From an uncultured Actinomycetota bacterium (GTDB lineage Bacteria; Actinomycetota; Actinomycetes; Mycobacteriales; Mycobacteriaceae): DNA of 64,000 bases. The stretch is taken from positions 106,506-170,505 of the forward strand of contig CAWJYC010000012.1 in NCBI GenBank assembly GCA_963846985.1, written 5' to 3'. Below the pieces are notes generated by a model. That model worked only from the letters and a program-made list of their open reading frames with translations, had not been told where the DNA came from and ran no database searches. The number at the start of each line of letters is the position of its first letter. Position 1 is the first letter of the stretch. Below are positions 9,443 to 21,630 of this stretch, one piece after another. The translations under genes were made by a program, and so were the position numbers.

Positions 9443-11284
9443 GTGGCATCGCCTTCGGCGCCGGTGCATCCCTACCGCTACCTGACGCTCTTCCTGGTCT
9501 TGCTCATCGGTGCTTACCTGCTGGTGTTCCTGACCGGTGACAAGCACGCCAAGCCCAAGCTCGGCATCGACCTGCAGGGCGGCACCCGCGTCACTCTCAC
9601 CGCCCGTACCCCGGACGGCTCACCTCCCACCCGCGAATCACTGGCCCAGGCTCAGGAGATCATCAGCTCCCGCGTCGACGGGCTCGGCGTCTCCGGCTCG
9701 GAAGTCGTGGTCGACGGTGACAACCTGGTCATCACGGTGCCGGGCAACGACGGCAACGAGGCCCGCAACCTGGGCCAGACGGCGCGGCTCTACATCCGCC
9801 CCGTGATCCACCAGATTCCGGCGGCAGGTCAAGGCCCGCCTCCGGGTCAGGCACCGGCGGGTGCACCGCAGGGAATCCCCGGTGGCGCGCCCGGTCTCCC
9901 CGGCCAGCAGCCGGGGCTGCCACCCCTCATCTCGCCGGCCGAGCCCGGCGCGCCGATCGTCCCGCCCAGCCAGGAGGGACCGGGGCAGGCGCCTCCGGCC
10001 GGCGCCCCCGCGCCCGGCGCACCGGCGCCGCAACCGCGGCCCTACCCGGAGGAACCCGCGCCGACGCCTGCACCAGCTCCGGGTCCGGCACCCGCCCCCG
10101 CGCCGGCTCCCGGGTCACCGGCGCCGGGCCAGCCCGGTCCGGCGAAGCCACCCGGACCGCCCAACCCGCGGGCCGACCTGGCGCAGCGGATCTCCGACGA
10201 GAAGGCGCTCCGGCAGAGTGCCGATCAGCAGATCCAGATCCTGGCGCTGCAGTTCCAGGCCACCCGCTGCAACGACAAGGACGTGCTGGCGGGCAACGAC
10301 GACCCCAACCTGCCGCTGGTGACCTGCTCGCAGGACCACAAGACGGTGTATCTGCTCGACAAGTCGATCATCAGCGGCGAGCAGATCGAGAGCGCGTCGT
10401 CCGGCCTCGATCAGCAGCGTGGCCAGTACGTCGTCGATTTGCAGTTCAAGAGCCAGGGTGCCGACGTCTGGGCGAACTTCACCGCCGCCAACGTCGGCAC
10501 GCAGACGGCGTTCACCCTGGACTCCCAGGTGGTCAGCGCGCCGCAGATCAACGAGGCGATACCGGGCGGACGCACCCAGATCACCGGCAACTTCACCCAG
10601 GCCTCCGCCCGGGAGTTGGCCAACGTGCTGAAGTACGGCTCGCTTCCATTGTCGTTCGAGTCCTCCGAGGCCGAAACCGTCTCTGCGACATTGGGTTTGA
10701 CGTCGCTTCAAGCTGGGCTGATCGCCGGCGGAATCGGCTTGGCGCTGGTTCTGCTGTACTCGCTGCTCTACTACCGCGTGCTCGGCCTGCTGACGGCGCT
10801 GTCGCTGGTGGCGTCGGGTGCCATGGTCTTCGCAATCCTGGTGCTGCTCGGCAGGTACATCGGCTACACGCTCGACCTGGCCGGCATCGCGGGTCTGATC
10901 ATCGGCATCGGCACCACCGCCGACTCGTTCGTGGTGTTCTTCGAACGCATCAAGGACGAGATCCGGGAGGGCCGGTCGTTCCGGTCGGCCGTCCCGCGAG
11001 GCTGGGCACGGGCGCGCAAGACGATTCTGTCCGGCAACGCGGTCAGCTTCCTGTCGGCCGCGGTCCTCTACGTCCTGGCCATCGGCCAGGTCAAGGGCTT
11101 CGCCTTCACCTTGGGACTGACCACCATCCTCGACGTCGTCGTGGTGTTCCTGCTGACCTGGCCGCTGGTGTTCCTGGCATCCAAGTCGGTGATGTTGTCC
11201 AAGCCGGCCTTCAACGGCCTCGGTGCGGTGCAGCAGATTGCCCGTGAACGCCGCGCAGCCGCGACGTCCGCGGGAGGGAGGTAG
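9443..11284 (+). CDS. secD: Protein translocase subunit SecD
   Basis: [36 protein letters not shown]; Pro-rich periplasmic insert. Confidence 0.96.
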   Translation: MASPSAPVHPYRYLTLFLVLLIGAYLLVFLTGDKHAKPKLGIDLQGGTRVTLTARTPDGSPPTRESLAQAQEIISSRVDGLGVSGSEVVVDGDNLVITVPGNDGNEARNLGQTARLYIRPVIHQIPAAGQGPPPGQAPAGAPQGIPGGAPGLPGQQPGLPPLISPAEPGAPIVPPSQEGPGQAPPAGAPAPGAPAPQPRPYPEEPAPTPAPAPGPAPAPAPAPGSPAPGQPGPAKPPGPPNPRADLAQRISDEKALRQSADQQIQILALQFQATRCNDKDVLAGNDDPNLPLVTCSQDHKTVYLLDKSIISGEQIESASSGLDQQRGQYVVDLQFKSQGADVWANFTAANVGTQTAFTLDSQVVSAPQINEAIPGGRTQITGNFTQASARELANVLKYGSLPLSFESSEAETVSATLGLTSLQAGLIAGGIGLALVLLYSLLYYRVLGLLTALSLVASGAMVFAILVLLGRYIGYTLDLAGIAGLIIGIGTTADSFVVFFERIKDEIREGRSFRSAVPRGWARARKTILSGNAVSFLSAAVLYVLAIGQVKGFAFTLGLTTILDVVVVFLLTWPLVFLASKSVMLSKPAFNGLGAVQQIARERRAAATSAGGR

Positions 11285-11288
11285 CGAC

Positions 11289-12596
11289 ATGGCCAAGCAT
11301 GATTCCAAGACCGACACCGACGCCGACGCAGTGACCGACGACGTGGCCGACGCAGTGACCGGCGACGCCACGTCGACCGCCGAGGAACTGGGCGCACCGA
11401 ACGCCGGGACCCCCCGCCACGGCTTCTTCGTCCGCCTCTACACGGGCACCGGCGCGTTCGACGTCGTCGGCAAGCGAAAGCTGTGGTTCGGCATCAGTGC
11501 CGCGATCGTCGCCATCGCGATCGTCAGCATCGCCTTTCGCTGGTTCACCTTCGGCATCGACTTCGAGGGCGGCACCCGGGTCTCGATGCCCGCCACCGGC
11601 GCGCACGGGCAGGTGACCACCCAGCAGGTGGAGGACGTCTTCAGCAAGTCGCTCGGGCGGGCGCCCGAGTCGGTGGTGCAGGTCGGCAACGGCGGCTCGG
11701 CAACCATCCAGATCCGGTCCGAGGAATTGAGCGAACCGGAGATCGAGAAGCTCCGCACCGGCTTGTTCGACGCGTTCCAACCCAAGGGCGACAACGGTCA
11801 GCCGAGCAAACAGGCGATCAGTGACTCGAAGGTGTCGTCGACGTGGGGCGGCCAGATCACCCAAAAGGCGCTCATCGCGCTGGCGGTGTTCCTGGTGCTG
11901 GTGGCCGCCTACATCGCCGTCCGGTACGAGAGGTACATGGCCGTCGCGGCGCTGGCCGCGTTGGTGTTCGACCTGCTGACCACCGCGGGGGTCTACTCCC
12001 TCGTCGGGTTCGAGGTCACGCCCGCAACGGTGATTGGCCTACTGACCATCCTCGGTTTCTCGCTATACGACACGGTCATCGTCTTCGACAAGGTCGAGGA
12101 GAACGTGCACGGGTTCGAGCACACCACCCGCAGGACGTTCGCCGAGCAGGCCAACCTCGCGATCAACCAGACCTTCATGCGCTCGATCAACACCAGCCTG
12201 ATCTCGGTGCTGCCGATCCTGGCGTTGATCGTGGTCGCGGTGTGGCTGCTCGGGGTGGGCACGTTGCAGGACCTGGCGCTGGTGCAGCTGGTCGGCGTCA
12301 TCGTCGGCACCTACTCGTCGATCTTCTTCGCCACGCCGCTCCTCGTCGCGATGCGCGAGCGCACCGACCTGGTGCGCAACCACACGCGTCGGGTGAACAA
12401 TCGGCGCAAGGGCTCATCGGCGAAGGCAGCGGGTTCCCTCGAGGAGGCCTCGACGGAGTCGGCGAGCGACGCCGAACCCGAGAAGGTGTCCGTCGCGTCT
12501 GCGCCGGCCGCTCCTGCACCGGAGAAGCCGGCGCCGGGTGCCAAGCCGGTCCGTCCCACCGGAAAGCCGTCGGGTAAGCGGAACACTCGGCGGTAA
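11289..12596 (+). CDS. secF: Protein translocase subunit SecF
   Basis: FGIDFEGG, GFSLYDTVIVFDKVEEN, RSINT, GTYSSIF. Confidence 0.96.
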   Translation: MAKHDSKTDTDADAVTDDVADAVTGDATSTAEELGAPNAGTPRHGFFVRLYTGTGAFDVVGKRKLWFGISAAIVAIAIVSIAFRWFTFGIDFEGGTRVSMPATGAHGQVTTQQVEDVFSKSLGRAPESVVQVGNGGSATIQIRSEELSEPEIEKLRTGLFDAFQPKGDNGQPSKQAISDSKVSSTWGGQITQKALIALAVFLVLVAAYIAVRYERYMAVAALAALVFDLLTTAGVYSLVGFEVTPATVIGLLTILGFSLYDTVIVFDKVEENVHGFEHTTRRTFAEQANLAINQTFMRSINTSLISVLPILALIVVAVWLLGVGTLQDLALVQLVGVIVGTYSSIFFATPLLVAMRERTDLVRNHTRRVNNRRKGSSAKAAGSLEEASTESASDAEPEKVSVASAPAAPAPEKPAPGAKPVRPTGKPSGKRNTRR

Positions 12597-12601
12597 CCCC
12601 G

Positions 12602-14257
12602 GTGACCGTCCGACCTCGGCGAGCAGCACTCCTGGCGGCCGTGGTGTCGCTGGTCGCCGGGACGGTCCTGATTGCGTGCTCGGGCGGCTCCGGCGACGAC
12701 ATCGACTACGCCGTCGACGGCCCGCTGATCACCTACAACACGACCACCGTGGTCGGCGCGGCGTCGGCGGGTCCGCAGGCATTCGCCCGGGTGCTGACCG
12801 GCTTCACCTATCACGGTCCCGAGGGCCAGGTCGTGGGAGACCGCGACTTCGGCACGGTCTCGGTCGTCGGCCGGGCCCCGCTCGTGCTGGACTACGCGAT
12901 CAACGACGCCGCCGTCTACTCCGACGGCAAGCCGATCACGTGTGACGACATGGTGCTGGCCTGGGCGGCCCAGTCCGGCAGGTTTCCCGGTTTCGACGCC
13001 GCCAGCCGCGCGGGCTACGGCGACATCGCCAGCGTCGACTGTGCACCCGGGCAGAAGAAGGCTCGGGTCTCATTCGTCCGGGACCGCGGTTTCGTCGACT
13101 TCGGCCAGTTGTTCGCCGCGACGACGATGATGCCCTCCCACGTCATCGCCGATGAACTGGGCGCCGGGGACGGGGCCGTCACCGCCGCCCTGCAGACCGC
13201 TGACCTGCCCACCGTCGACCGCATCGCGCAACTGTGGAACAGCACCTGGAACCTCACCCCCGATCTCGATCTCAAGCACTTCCCGTCCTCCGGGCCGTAC
13301 GAGGTGGGCTCGGTGCGCAAGGACGGTTCGGTCGAGTTGGTGGCCAACGACAGGTGGTGGGGCGCCAAGCCGGTGGCGGGCCGGATCACCGTCTGGCCGC
13401 GCGGCGCCGACGTCCAGGAGCGGATCAACTCCGGTCGGTACGACGTCGTCGACATCGCCGCGGGATCATCGGGAACCCTGACCCTGCCGGGGAACTACAC
13501 CCGCAGCGACAGCGCCTCGGCCGGCATCGAACAGCTCATCTTCGCCCCGAGCGGCGCACTGCTGGATCCGGCGGCCCGACGGGCCGTGGCGCTGTGCACG
13601 CCGCGGGACTTGATCGCCCAGAACGCCGAGGTGCCCATGGCGAACAGCCGCCTCAATCCCGCCGCGGAGGATTCGATCACGGCCGCCGAGAGCTCGGCGG
13701 AGGGCGGCCAGTTCAGCACGTCCAATCCGGTGGCGGCGCGCAACGCCATCGGGGCCAAGCCGCTGACCGTCCGGATCGGGTACCAGAGTCCCAATGCGCG
13801 CCTGGCCGCCACCGTCGGTGCCATCGCGAAGGCCTGCCAGCCTGCAGGCATCGCGGTTCAGGACGCGGCGTCGGACGCGATCGGGCCACAGGCGTTGCGC
13901 GACAACAGCATCGACGCCCTTCTCGCGGGCACCGGCGGAGCGGCGGGCGGCGGCTCGACGGGGTCGTCGGCGATGGATGCCTACGCGCTGTTCAGCGGGA
14001 ACGGCAACAACCTGTCCGGATATGCCAGCGAGCAGGTCGACGGTGTCATCGGCGCGCTGGCGGTGACGGCCGACCCGAAGGAGCTGTCGCGGTTGCTGGG
14101 GGAGGGCGCCCCCGTACTGTGGGGCGACATGCCCACCCTTCCGCTCTACCGTCAGCAGCGAACGTTGATCGTGTCGACGAAGATGACTGCCGTGAACGGC
14201 AATCCGACGCGATGGGGGGCGGGGTGGAACATGGACCGTTGGGCGTTCGTTCGATGA
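12602..14257 (+). CDS. ABC transporter substrate-binding lipoprotein (family 5, Rv2585c-like)
   Basis: Lipobox LIAC; [11 protein letters not shown]; SSGPY; synteny between secF and apt. Confidence 0.88.
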   Translation: MTVRPRRAALLAAVVSLVAGTVLIACSGGSGDDIDYAVDGPLITYNTTTVVGAASAGPQAFARVLTGFTYHGPEGQVVGDRDFGTVSVVGRAPLVLDYAINDAAVYSDGKPITCDDMVLAWAAQSGRFPGFDAASRAGYGDIASVDCAPGQKKARVSFVRDRGFVDFGQLFAATTMMPSHVIADELGAGDGAVTAALQTADLPTVDRIAQLWNSTWNLTPDLDLKHFPSSGPYEVGSVRKDGSVELVANDRWWGAKPVAGRITVWPRGADVQERINSGRYDVVDIAAGSSGTLTLPGNYTRSDSASAGIEQLIFAPSGALLDPAARRAVALCTPRDLIAQNAEVPMANSRLNPAAEDSITAAESSAEGGQFSTSNPVAARNAIGAKPLTVRIGYQSPNARLAATVGAIAKACQPAGIAVQDAASDAIGPQALRDNSIDALLAGTGGAAGGGSTGSSAMDAYALFSGNGNNLSGYASEQVDGVIGALAVTADPKELSRLLGEGAPVLWGDMPTLPLYRQQRTLIVSTKMTAVNGNPTRWGAGWNMDRWAFVR

Positions 14258-14267
14258 GGGGGACCCG

Positions 14268-14810
14268 ATGAGCGACTCGGGACGGGGCGACGAGGTCGCC
14301 GCGGTGATCGAATCGCTGATGCGTGAGGTGCCGGACTTCCCCGAGCCCGGCATCCAGTTCAAGGACCTCACCCCGGTGCTGGCCGACGCCCGCGGGCTCG
14401 CCACGGTGACCGACGCGCTGGCCGCGGTCGCCGAGGACGCGGACCTGGTGGCGGGCATCGACGCCCGCGGCTTCCTGCTGGGGGCCGCCGTCGCGACCCG
14501 GCTCGGCACGGGTGTCCTGGCGATGCGCAAGGGCGGCAAGCTGCCGCCGCCGGTGTACAGCGAGACCTACCAGTTGGAGTACGGCTCGGCAACATTGGAG
14601 ATCCCGGCCGACGGAATGGAATTGGCTGGCCGGCGCGTTCTGCTGATCGACGACGTACTGGCCACCGGTGGGACGCTCGCCGCGGCCGTCGCGCTGCTGC
14701 GGACCAGCGGCGCCACCGTCAGTGGTGCGGCGGTCGTGCTGGAACTGGCAGCTCTCGGCGGCCGGGGCAAGCTGCCGGACGTGGACGTCACCAGCCTGTA
14801 TGTCGTCTAG
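14268..14810 (+). CDS. apt: Adenine phosphoribosyltransferase
   Basis: [38 protein letters not shown]. Confidence 0.96.
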   Translation: MSDSGRGDEVAAVIESLMREVPDFPEPGIQFKDLTPVLADARGLATVTDALAAVAEDADLVAGIDARGFLLGAAVATRLGTGVLAMRKGGKLPPPVYSETYQLEYGSATLEIPADGMELAGRRVLLIDDVLATGGTLAAAVALLRTSGATVSGAAVVLELAALGGRGKLPDVDVTSLYVV

Positions 14811-14888
14811 TGAGGGATCGCGCGAAGAATTGACGGGTTGACGGGGATATCCTCGAGCCATACCGGCGTGGGTCAGGAGGTGAGCACG

Positions 14889-17234
14889 GTGGCGGACGAT
14901 CACGCGTTGACGCAAACGCAGCCGATGCCGGTCATCAACCCCGATGCCGCCGCGCCCGAGGGCGCCAAGAGTTCGTCGAGCGCGTCGCGACGCGTCCGGG
15001 CCCGGCTGGCCCGCCGGATGACCTCGCAGCGCAGCGCGGTCAATCCCGTCCTCGAGCCGTTGGTGGCCGTGCACCGGGAGGTCTACCCGAAGGCCGATCT
15101 GGCGCTCCTGCAGCGGGCGTACGAGGTGGCCGAACTGCGGCATGCCGACCAGATGCGCCGCTCCGGTGATCCCTACATCACCCACCCGCTGGCGGTCGCC
15201 AACATCCTCGCCGAACTCGGCATGGACACCACCACCCTCGTCGCCGCGCTGCTGCACGACACCGTCGAGGACACCGGGTACACCCTCGAGGCGCTGACCG
15301 CCGACTTCGGTGTCGAGGTGGGCCATCTCGTCGACGGCGTCACCAAGCTGGACAAGGTGGTCCTCGGCAGTGCGGCCGAGGGCGAGACGATCCGCAAGAT
15401 GATCATCGCGATGGCCCGCGATCCCCGAGTGTTGGTCATCAAGGTGGCCGATCGGCTGCACAACATGCGGACCATGCGCTTCCTGCCCCCGGAGAAGCAG
15501 GCCCGCAAGGCTCGCGAGACGTTGGAAGTGATTGCGCCCCTTGCCCATCGCCTGGGCATGGCGACGGTCAAGTGGGAGCTCGAGGATCTGTCGTTCGCGA
15601 TCCTGCACCCGAAGAAGTACGAGGAGATCGTGCGCCTGGTGGCCGACCGGGCGCCGTCGCGGGACACCTATCTGGCCAAGGTGCGCGCCGAGATCGCCAA
15701 TACCGTCACCTCGTCGAAGATCAACGCGACCGTCGAGGGCCGGCCCAAGCACTACTGGTCGATCTATCAGAAGATGATCGTCAAGGGCCGCGACTTCGAC
15801 GAGATCCACGACCTCGTCGGGGTGCGGATCCTCTGCGACGAGATCCGGGACTGCTATGCGGCCGTCGGCGCGGTGCACTCGCTGTGGCAGCCGATGGCGG
15901 GCCGGTTCAAGGACTACATCGCCCAACCGAGGTATGGGGTGTACCAGTCACTGCACACCACGGTAGTCGGCCCCGAGGGCAAGCCGCTGGAGGTGCAGAT
16001 CCGGACCCGCGACATGCACCGCACCGCCGAGTACGGCATCGCCGCCCACTGGCGGTACAAGGAAGCCAAGGGCCGCAACGGAGTTCCGGCCAGCAACGCC
16101 GCGGCCGAGATCGACGACATGGCGTGGATGCGGCAACTGCTCGACTGGCAGCGGGAAGCCGCGGACCCTGGGGAGTTCCTCGAGTCCCTGCGCTACGACC
16201 TGGCCGTGCAGGAGATCTTCGTCTTCACGCCCAAGGGTGACGTCATCACGCTGCCGACGGGATCCTGCCCGGTGGACTTCGCCTACGCGGTGCACACCGA
16301 GGTCGGTCACCGCTGCATCGGGGCGCGCGTCAACGGCCGACTGGTCGCGCTGGAGCGCAAGCTCGAGAACGGCGAAGTGGTCGAGGTCTTCACCTCCAAG
16401 GCCTTGAATGCCGGCCCGTCGCGGGACTGGCAGACGTTCGTGGTGTCTCCGCGGGCCAAGGCCAAGATCCGGCAGTGGTTCGCCAAGGAACGTCGCGAGG
16501 AAGCCCTCGAGTCGGGCAAGGACTCGATCGCGCGCGAGGTGCGCCGCGGTGGACTTCCGTTGCAGCGCTTGATGAATGGCGAGTCGATGGCCGCGCTGGC
16601 CCGCGAGCTGCGCTACGTCGACGTGTCATCGCTCTACACCGCGGTCGGTGAGGGTCACGTCTCGGCGCGCCACGTCGTGCAGCGACTGGTGGCCCAGCTC
16701 GGCGGAGACGACGAGGCCGAGGACGAGATCGCCGAACGGTCGACGCCGGCCACCATGCCGGTGCGCCAACGCACCAGCGACGACGTCGGCGTCGCGGTTC
16801 CTGGCGCGCCCGGTGTGCTCACCAAGTTGGCGAAGTGCTGCACCCCGGTACCCGGGGACAACATCCTGGGGTTCGTCACGCGCGGCGGCGGCGTCAGCGT
16901 GCACCGCACCGACTGCACCAACGCCACGTCGCTGGAGCAGCAGTCCGAACGCATCATCGACGTCAAGTGGGCGCCATCACCGTCGTCGGTGTTCCTGGTG
17001 GCCATCCAGGTCGAGGCACTCGACCGTCATCGCCTGCTGTCCGACGTCACGCGGGTGCTGGCCGACGAGAAGGTCAACATCCTGTCCGCGTCGGTGGCGA
17101 CGTCCAACGATCGAGTGGCGATCAGCCGGTTCACCTTCGAGATGGGCGATCCCAAGCATCTGGGTCACGTGCTCAACGTGGTGCGCAACGTGGAAGGCGT
17201 GTACGACGTCTACCGGGTGACGTCCGCCGCCTGA
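14889..17234 (+). CDS. relA: Bifunctional (p)ppGpp synthetase/hydrolase Rel
   Basis: [40 protein letters not shown] and ACT domains; AGGAGG at 14875-14880. Confidence 0.97.
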   Translation: MADDHALTQTQPMPVINPDAAAPEGAKSSSSASRRVRARLARRMTSQRSAVNPVLEPLVAVHREVYPKADLALLQRAYEVAELRHADQMRRSGDPYITHPLAVANILAELGMDTTTLVAALLHDTVEDTGYTLEALTADFGVEVGHLVDGVTKLDKVVLGSAAEGETIRKMIIAMARDPRVLVIKVADRLHNMRTMRFLPPEKQARKARETLEVIAPLAHRLGMATVKWELEDLSFAILHPKKYEEIVRLVADRAPSRDTYLAKVRAEIANTVTSSKINATVEGRPKHYWSIYQKMIVKGRDFDEIHDLVGVRILCDEIRDCYAAVGAVHSLWQPMAGRFKDYIAQPRYGVYQSLHTTVVGPEGKPLEVQIRTRDMHRTAEYGIAAHWRYKEAKGRNGVPASNAAAEIDDMAWMRQLLDWQREAADPGEFLESLRYDLAVQEIFVFTPKGDVITLPTGSCPVDFAYAVHTEVGHRCIGARVNGRLVALERKLENGEVVEVFTSKALNAGPSRDWQTFVVSPRAKAKIRQWFAKERREEALESGKDSIAREVRRGGLPLQRLMNGESMAALARELRYVDVSSLYTAVGEGHVSARHVVQRLVAQLGGDDEAEDEIAERSTPATMPVRQRTSDDVGVAVPGAPGVLTKLAKCCTPVPGDNILGFVTRGGGVSVHRTDCTNATSLEQQSERIIDVKWAPSPSSVFLVAIQVEALDRHRLLSDVTRVLADEKVNILSASVATSNDRVAISRFTFEMGDPKHLGHVLNVVRNVEGVYDVYRVTSAA

Positions 17235-17242
17235 TCCCGTCG

Positions 17243-17294
17243 AGTGGTCAGTTACGTTGCGCTCGTGGCAACTTGGCGTGTCGTAAGTGGCCAG
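17243..17294. terminator. Imperfect inverted repeat between convergent relA and cyclophilin genes
   Basis: TGGTCAGTTACG...CGTAAGTGGCCA arms. Confidence 0.35.
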
Positions 17295-17324
17295 CCGGCG
17301 CGGTTGGCGGCGTCGCGACGGTCC

Positions 17325-18338
17325 TTAGTCGAGCCGGACCGACTCGATGGTTACCCCGATCGCCGGTTTACCATCGTCGCCGCCGTCCTTGACGCCGCCG
17401 GCGGCGATCTTGTCGACGACGGCCAATCCCGTGTCGTCGATCGTGCCGAACACCGTGTAGGTCGGCGGCAGCTGCGAATCCTGATAGACGAGGAAGAACT
17501 GGCTGCCGTTGGTGCCCTGGCCGGCGTTCGCCATCGCGAGCGTCCCCCGCGGATACACCACCGGAGCCGCGAGTGCGGGGTCGGCGAGCCGGTACTGGTT
17601 GGTTGGGTACTCGTTGGGGAACCGGTAGCCCGGCCCACCGCTGCCGTCGCCGGCGGGGTCACCGCACTGCAGGACGCCGAGGGTGCTCGACGTGGTCAGC
17701 CGGTGGCACTGCGTCCTGTCGAAGAAGCCCTGCTGCGCCAGGCTGACGAAGTTGTTGACCGTGCAGGGCGACTTGCCGTTGTCCAGACTGACGCCGATGG
17801 CGCCGTCGCTGGTGGTGATCGTGGCATCGACGGTTGCGGGCGTGGTCGGCACGCGACCCGTGCGGGGCGGACTGACGGGCTTGCTGGTCGGCTCGGTGGT
17901 CGCCGGGTACTGGCAGTTGGCGCCCAGCGTGGCCGACGGTGTGAACGGCGGCAGCGGGCCAGCCGGCTGGGCCGACGTGGTGCCTGGCGAGTTCGGATAC
18001 CGGCCGCCGTTGAGTTCCTCGGCGAAGCGCACCAGCAGCCCGGCGAAGACGATGGTGGCCACGACCGCCAGCACCGTCAGCACGGCCACGACGTAGCTCA
18101 CCACCAGTCCGGCGACCGCCAGCCCGTGACCGCCCTCCCTGGTCCTCTTGATCTGCGACAGGGACATGTGCCCGAACACGATGCCGAGGGGGAAGAACAG
18201 GAACGCACAGACCAGCGACGCGACGGCCAGCCCATTGGTGCTCGGCGGCCGGGGTGGAGGCGGGTAGCCCCCGGGTCCTGGCATCGGACCGGGCGGCGGT
18301 GGGTACGCCCCGTACGGCGGCGGAGGCGGGTAGGTCAC
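17325..18338 (-). CDS. Membrane-anchored cyclophilin PPIase with DUF4190-like N-terminus
   Basis: Pro-rich leader, TNGLAVASL...GHMSLSQIKRT..G.GLA; CHRLTT, LQCGDP.GDGSGGPGY, GTLAMAN, NGSQFF. Confidence 0.9.
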   Translation of the reverse strand: MTYPPPPPYGAYPPPPGPMPGPGGYPPPPRPPSTNGLAVASLVCAFLFFPLGIVFGHMSLSQIKRTREGGHGLAVAGLVVSYVVAVLTVLAVVATIVFAGLLVRFAEELNGGRYPNSPGTTSAQPAGPLPPFTPSATLGANCQYPATTEPTSKPVSPPRTGRVPTTPATVDATITTSDGAIGVSLDNGKSPCTVNNFVSLAQQGFFDRTQCHRLTTSSTLGVLQCGDPAGDGSGGPGYRFPNEYPTNQYRLADPALAAPVVYPRGTLAMANAGQGTNGSQFFLVYQDSQLPPTYTVFGTIDDTGLAVVDKIAAGGVKDGGDDGKPAIGVTIESVRLD

Positions 18339-18359
18339 GCGGTCGGCCCTGGCCCGGCG

Positions 18360-19259
18360 TCAGTCGAGCTGGAGCGACTTGATCTGCACCGGCGTCTTCG
18401 GGGCGCCGTCGTCCGGCCCGCGCTCACCGGGAACGACGCCGCCGGCGGCGATCTTGTCGAGGGTCGCCAGACCCGTCGCATCGATCGTGCCGAACGCGGT
18501 GTAGTTCGGGGGGAGCTGCGAATCCTTGAACACCAGGAAGAACTGGCTGCCGTTGGAGCCCGGTGCGCCCGTGTTGGCCATGGCGAGGGTGCCTCGCGGG
18601 TAGACGACCGGCGATTGCAGCGCCGGGTCGTCGGGCCGGTACTGGTTGGTCGGGTATTCGTTGACGAAGCCGTAGCCGGGTCCGCCGGTGCCCTTGCCGG
18701 TCGGGTCACCACACTGCAGTACCGATAGGCCGGGTGACGTCGTCAGACGGTGGCACGGGGTGTCGTTGAAGTAGCCCTGCTGCGCGAGGCTGGCGAAGCT
18801 GTTCACCGTGCACGGCGCCTTGGCGTTGTCCAGCTGCAGACCGAGGTTGCCCTGCGAGGTGGTCATGCTGGCGCTGATCTGGGCCGGGTCGGTCGGAACC
18901 TTGCCCGACCGTGGCGGATTGTTCTTCTTGCTGGCCGGCTCGCTCGGGGTCGCCGGGTACTGGCAGTTGGCGCCGAGGTCGGCTGGGGCGACGAACGGAG
19001 GCAGGCCCGGGCCACCGGTCGGCGACTGGGATGGCCGCGCGCCGGTCGACGGAGTGGGTGTGTCGGCCGCTGCGTTGGTGTCGGGACTCTTGCTGGTGAA
19101 GATCACCGTCGCGACGACCGCGCCGATCACCACGAGCACGCCCACCACGGAACCGATGATGGTGAGCAGACGGCGCCGGCGCTGCTGGGCGGCGCGACGT
19201 TCGAGCTGCCGCTCCAGTTTGCGCTTGGCAGTCTCCCGCCGTTGTTCGTTGGTCGGCAC
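18360..19259 (-). CDS. ppiB: Peptidyl-prolyl cis-trans isomerase B
   Basis: MPTNEQRR start, TM anchor, cyclophilin motifs; divergent from MBL-hisS as in Mtb. Confidence 0.92.
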   Translation of the reverse strand: MPTNEQRRETAKRKLERQLERRAAQQRRRRLLTIIGSVVGVLVVIGAVVATVIFTSKSPDTNAAADTPTPSTGARPSQSPTGGPGLPPFVAPADLGANCQYPATPSEPASKKNNPPRSGKVPTDPAQISASMTTSQGNLGLQLDNAKAPCTVNSFASLAQQGYFNDTPCHRLTTSPGLSVLQCGDPTGKGTGGPGYGFVNEYPTNQYRPDDPALQSPVVYPRGTLAMANTGAPGSNGSQFFLVFKDSQLPPNYTAFGTIDATGLATLDKIAAGGVVPGERGPDDGAPKTPVQIKSLQLD

Positions 19260-19372
19260 CGCGTGGTCCTCCTCGTCGTTCGTGATCGGCAACGAGTGTG
19301 CCAGCAATCCCTGAGAACGGGTGCTGCGACCCTTGAATAGGGTGGAGATGCGGCGGATGGGAAACTGGTCGC

Positions 19373-20068
19373 GTGTTCATCACTGGTTTCCCGGCAGGCA
19401 TGTTGCAGTGCAACTGCTACGTCCTGGCGCCCAGTCAGGGTGCCGACGCCATCATCGTCGATCCCGGCCAACGGGCCTTCGGGCCGCTGCGCCGGATTCT
19501 CGACGAGAACCGGTTGACGCCGGCCGCGGTGCTGTTGACCCATGGGCACATCGACCACATGTGGTCGGCTCAGAAGGTCGGTGACACCTACGGTTGCCCG
19601 GTGTTCGTCCACCCCGAGGATCGCGTGATGCTCACCGACCCCATCAAGGGCTTCGGACCGCGACTGGCTCAACTGGCCATGTCGACGATGTTCCGCGAAC
19701 CGCGTCAGGTCGTCGAACTGGACCGCGACGGCGACAAGATCGAGCTGGGCGGCGTCACCGTCACCATCGATCACACGCCGGGGCACACCAGGGGTTCGGT
19801 GGTCTTTCGGGTGTCCGGTGCTCTGACGCCAGGCGATCCGGAGTTCCTGCCCGCGGGTCCGGCCGAGCTCGCCTTCACCGGCGACACCCTGTTCAAGCAG
19901 TCGATCGGCCGCACGGACTTGTTCGGAGGCAGCGGCCGCGACCTTCTGACGTCGATCGTGTCGAAACTGCTGGTGCTCGACGACGCCACCCTCGTCCTCC
20001 CGGGCCACGGCCCGACGTCCACGATCGGTGCGGAGCGTCGCACCAACCCCTTCCTCGAAGGACTCTGA
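19373..20068 (+). CDS. MBL-fold metallohydrolase (glyoxalase II-like, Rv2581c)
   Basis: THGHIDH, TPGHT, GDTLF, PGHG. Confidence 0.93.
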   Translation: MFITGFPAGMLQCNCYVLAPSQGADAIIVDPGQRAFGPLRRILDENRLTPAAVLLTHGHIDHMWSAQKVGDTYGCPVFVHPEDRVMLTDPIKGFGPRLAQLAMSTMFREPRQVVELDRDGDKIELGGVTVTIDHTPGHTRGSVVFRVSGALTPGDPEFLPAGPAELAFTGDTLFKQSIGRTDLFGGSGRDLLTSIVSKLLVLDDATLVLPGHGPTSTIGAERRTNPFLEGL

Positions 20069-20084
20069 CTGAAATGCCCCGCGA

Positions 20085-21344
20085 ATGAGTGACTTTCAGG
20101 CGCCCAAGGGCGTCCCGGACTACCTGCCGCCCGACTCGGCGCAGTTCGTGGCGGTCCGGGACGGCCTTCTCGAGGCCGCCCGCCGCGCCGGTTACGGCCA
20201 CGTCGAGCTGCCGATCTTCGAGGACACCGCGTTGTTCGCCCGCGGGGTCGGCGAGTCCACCGACGTGGTCAGCAAGGAGATGTACACCTTCGCCGACCGT
20301 GGGGACCGGTCGGTCACCCTCCGACCCGAGGGCACCGCGGGTGTCATGCGCGCGGTCATCGAGCACGGGTTGGACCGCGGGCAGCTGCCCGTGAAGCTGC
20401 GGTACTCCGGTCCGTTCTTCCGCTACGAGCGGCCCCAGGCGGGACGGTACCGCCAGCTGCAGCAGGTCGGGGTCGAGGCGATCGGAGTGGACGATCCGGC
20501 GCTGGACGCCGAGGTGATCGCCATCGCCGACGCGGGCTTCCGGTCGCTAGGCCTCGACGGGTTCCGGCTCGAGCTGACGTCCCTCGGCGATGAGACGTGC
20601 CGACCGCAGTATCGGGAGTTGCTGCAGGAGTTCCTCTTCACGCTCGACCTCGACGACGACACCCGCCGCCGTGCCGAGATCAACCCGTTGCGGGTGCTCG
20701 ACGACAAGCGCCCGCACGTTCGGGAGATGCTCGCGGAGGCGCCCCTCATGATGGATCACCTCTCCGACGTCGCCAAGCAGCACTTCGACACTGTGCTCTC
20801 GCACTTGGAGGCGTTGGAGGTGCCGTACGTCATCAATCCGCGGATGGTGCGCGGCCTGGACTACTACACCAAGACGACCTTTGAGTTCGTCCACGACGGC
20901 CTTGGTGCGCAGTCCGGCATCGGCGGCGGTGGCCGCTACGACGGACTCATGAAACAGCTTGGCGGACAAGACCTCTCGGGGATCGGGTTCGGCCTGGGGA
21001 TCGATCGCACGATGCTCGCGCTGAAGGCCGAGGGCAAGACCGTCGGAGAGACGTCGCGGGTGGACGTGTTCTGCGTGCCCATGGGCGACGCGGCGAAACT
21101 GCTGTTGGCCCGGCTGGCGGGACAGCTCCGCGCCGGCGGTGCCCGCGTCGATCTGGCGTACGGCGATCGTGGGCTCAAGGGCGCGCTGCGGGCGGCCGAT
21201 CGATCCGGCGCGGGATTCGCGGTGGTGGTCGGTGACCGCGACGTCGAGGCGGGCACCGTCGGCGTGAAGGACCTGGCGACGGGGGAGCAGGTCGAGGTCG
21301 CCTCCGACGCGGCGGTTGGGGAGATCCTCGCCCGATTGACCTAG
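20085..21344 (+). CDS. hisS: Histidine--tRNA ligase
   Basis: [38 protein letters not shown]. Confidence 0.98.
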   Translation: MSDFQAPKGVPDYLPPDSAQFVAVRDGLLEAARRAGYGHVELPIFEDTALFARGVGESTDVVSKEMYTFADRGDRSVTLRPEGTAGVMRAVIEHGLDRGQLPVKLRYSGPFFRYERPQAGRYRQLQQVGVEAIGVDDPALDAEVIAIADAGFRSLGLDGFRLELTSLGDETCRPQYRELLQEFLFTLDLDDDTRRRAEINPLRVLDDKRPHVREMLAEAPLMMDHLSDVAKQHFDTVLSHLEALEVPYVINPRMVRGLDYYTKTTFEFVHDGLGAQSGIGGGGRYDGLMKQLGGQDLSGIGFGLGIDRTMLALKAEGKTVGETSRVDVFCVPMGDAAKLLLARLAGQLRAGGARVDLAYGDRGLKGALRAADRSGAGFAVVVGDRDVEAGTVGVKDLATGEQVEVASDAAVGEILARLT

Positions 21345-21630
21345 CCCGGCGCCGGATGGTCGTCGCCTGCCGCGCGACTCGGTCGCTCCAATTCGATTCG
21401 CAGCGTGTGCATCTCGGCTCGTCGTGACGCGCGGCCCCGTCCACGCCGCTGAAGGACAGCGCGCTGGTCGTTACGACGGAGTAGGTGCGCCAACGCCTTT
21501 GGCTGCCATCCGGCGCGTAGACCGCCTCGAACGGCGTTCAAAGGCGAGCGAATCCTGTCACGATGAAAAGCCCTGCGTCGAGCGGCCCAGTGAGGCAGTG
21601 CGGCCGAGGCGCATGGCAGCATCGGCGAAC

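Noticed and set aside
9820-10170. Long Pro/Ala/Gly-rich insert in SecD
   Set aside because: A low-complexity insert at this position is usual in mycobacterial SecD.
9239-11365. Short duplications in yajC (DDEYE x2) and the secF N-terminus (ADAVT x2)
   Set aside because: Ordinary slippage in disordered termini.
21345-21630. ncRNA or small gene between hisS and dtd (also checked 6083-6460 and 8602-8980)
   Set aside because: No recognisable riboswitch, tRNA or credible ORF; a covariance-model search would be needed.
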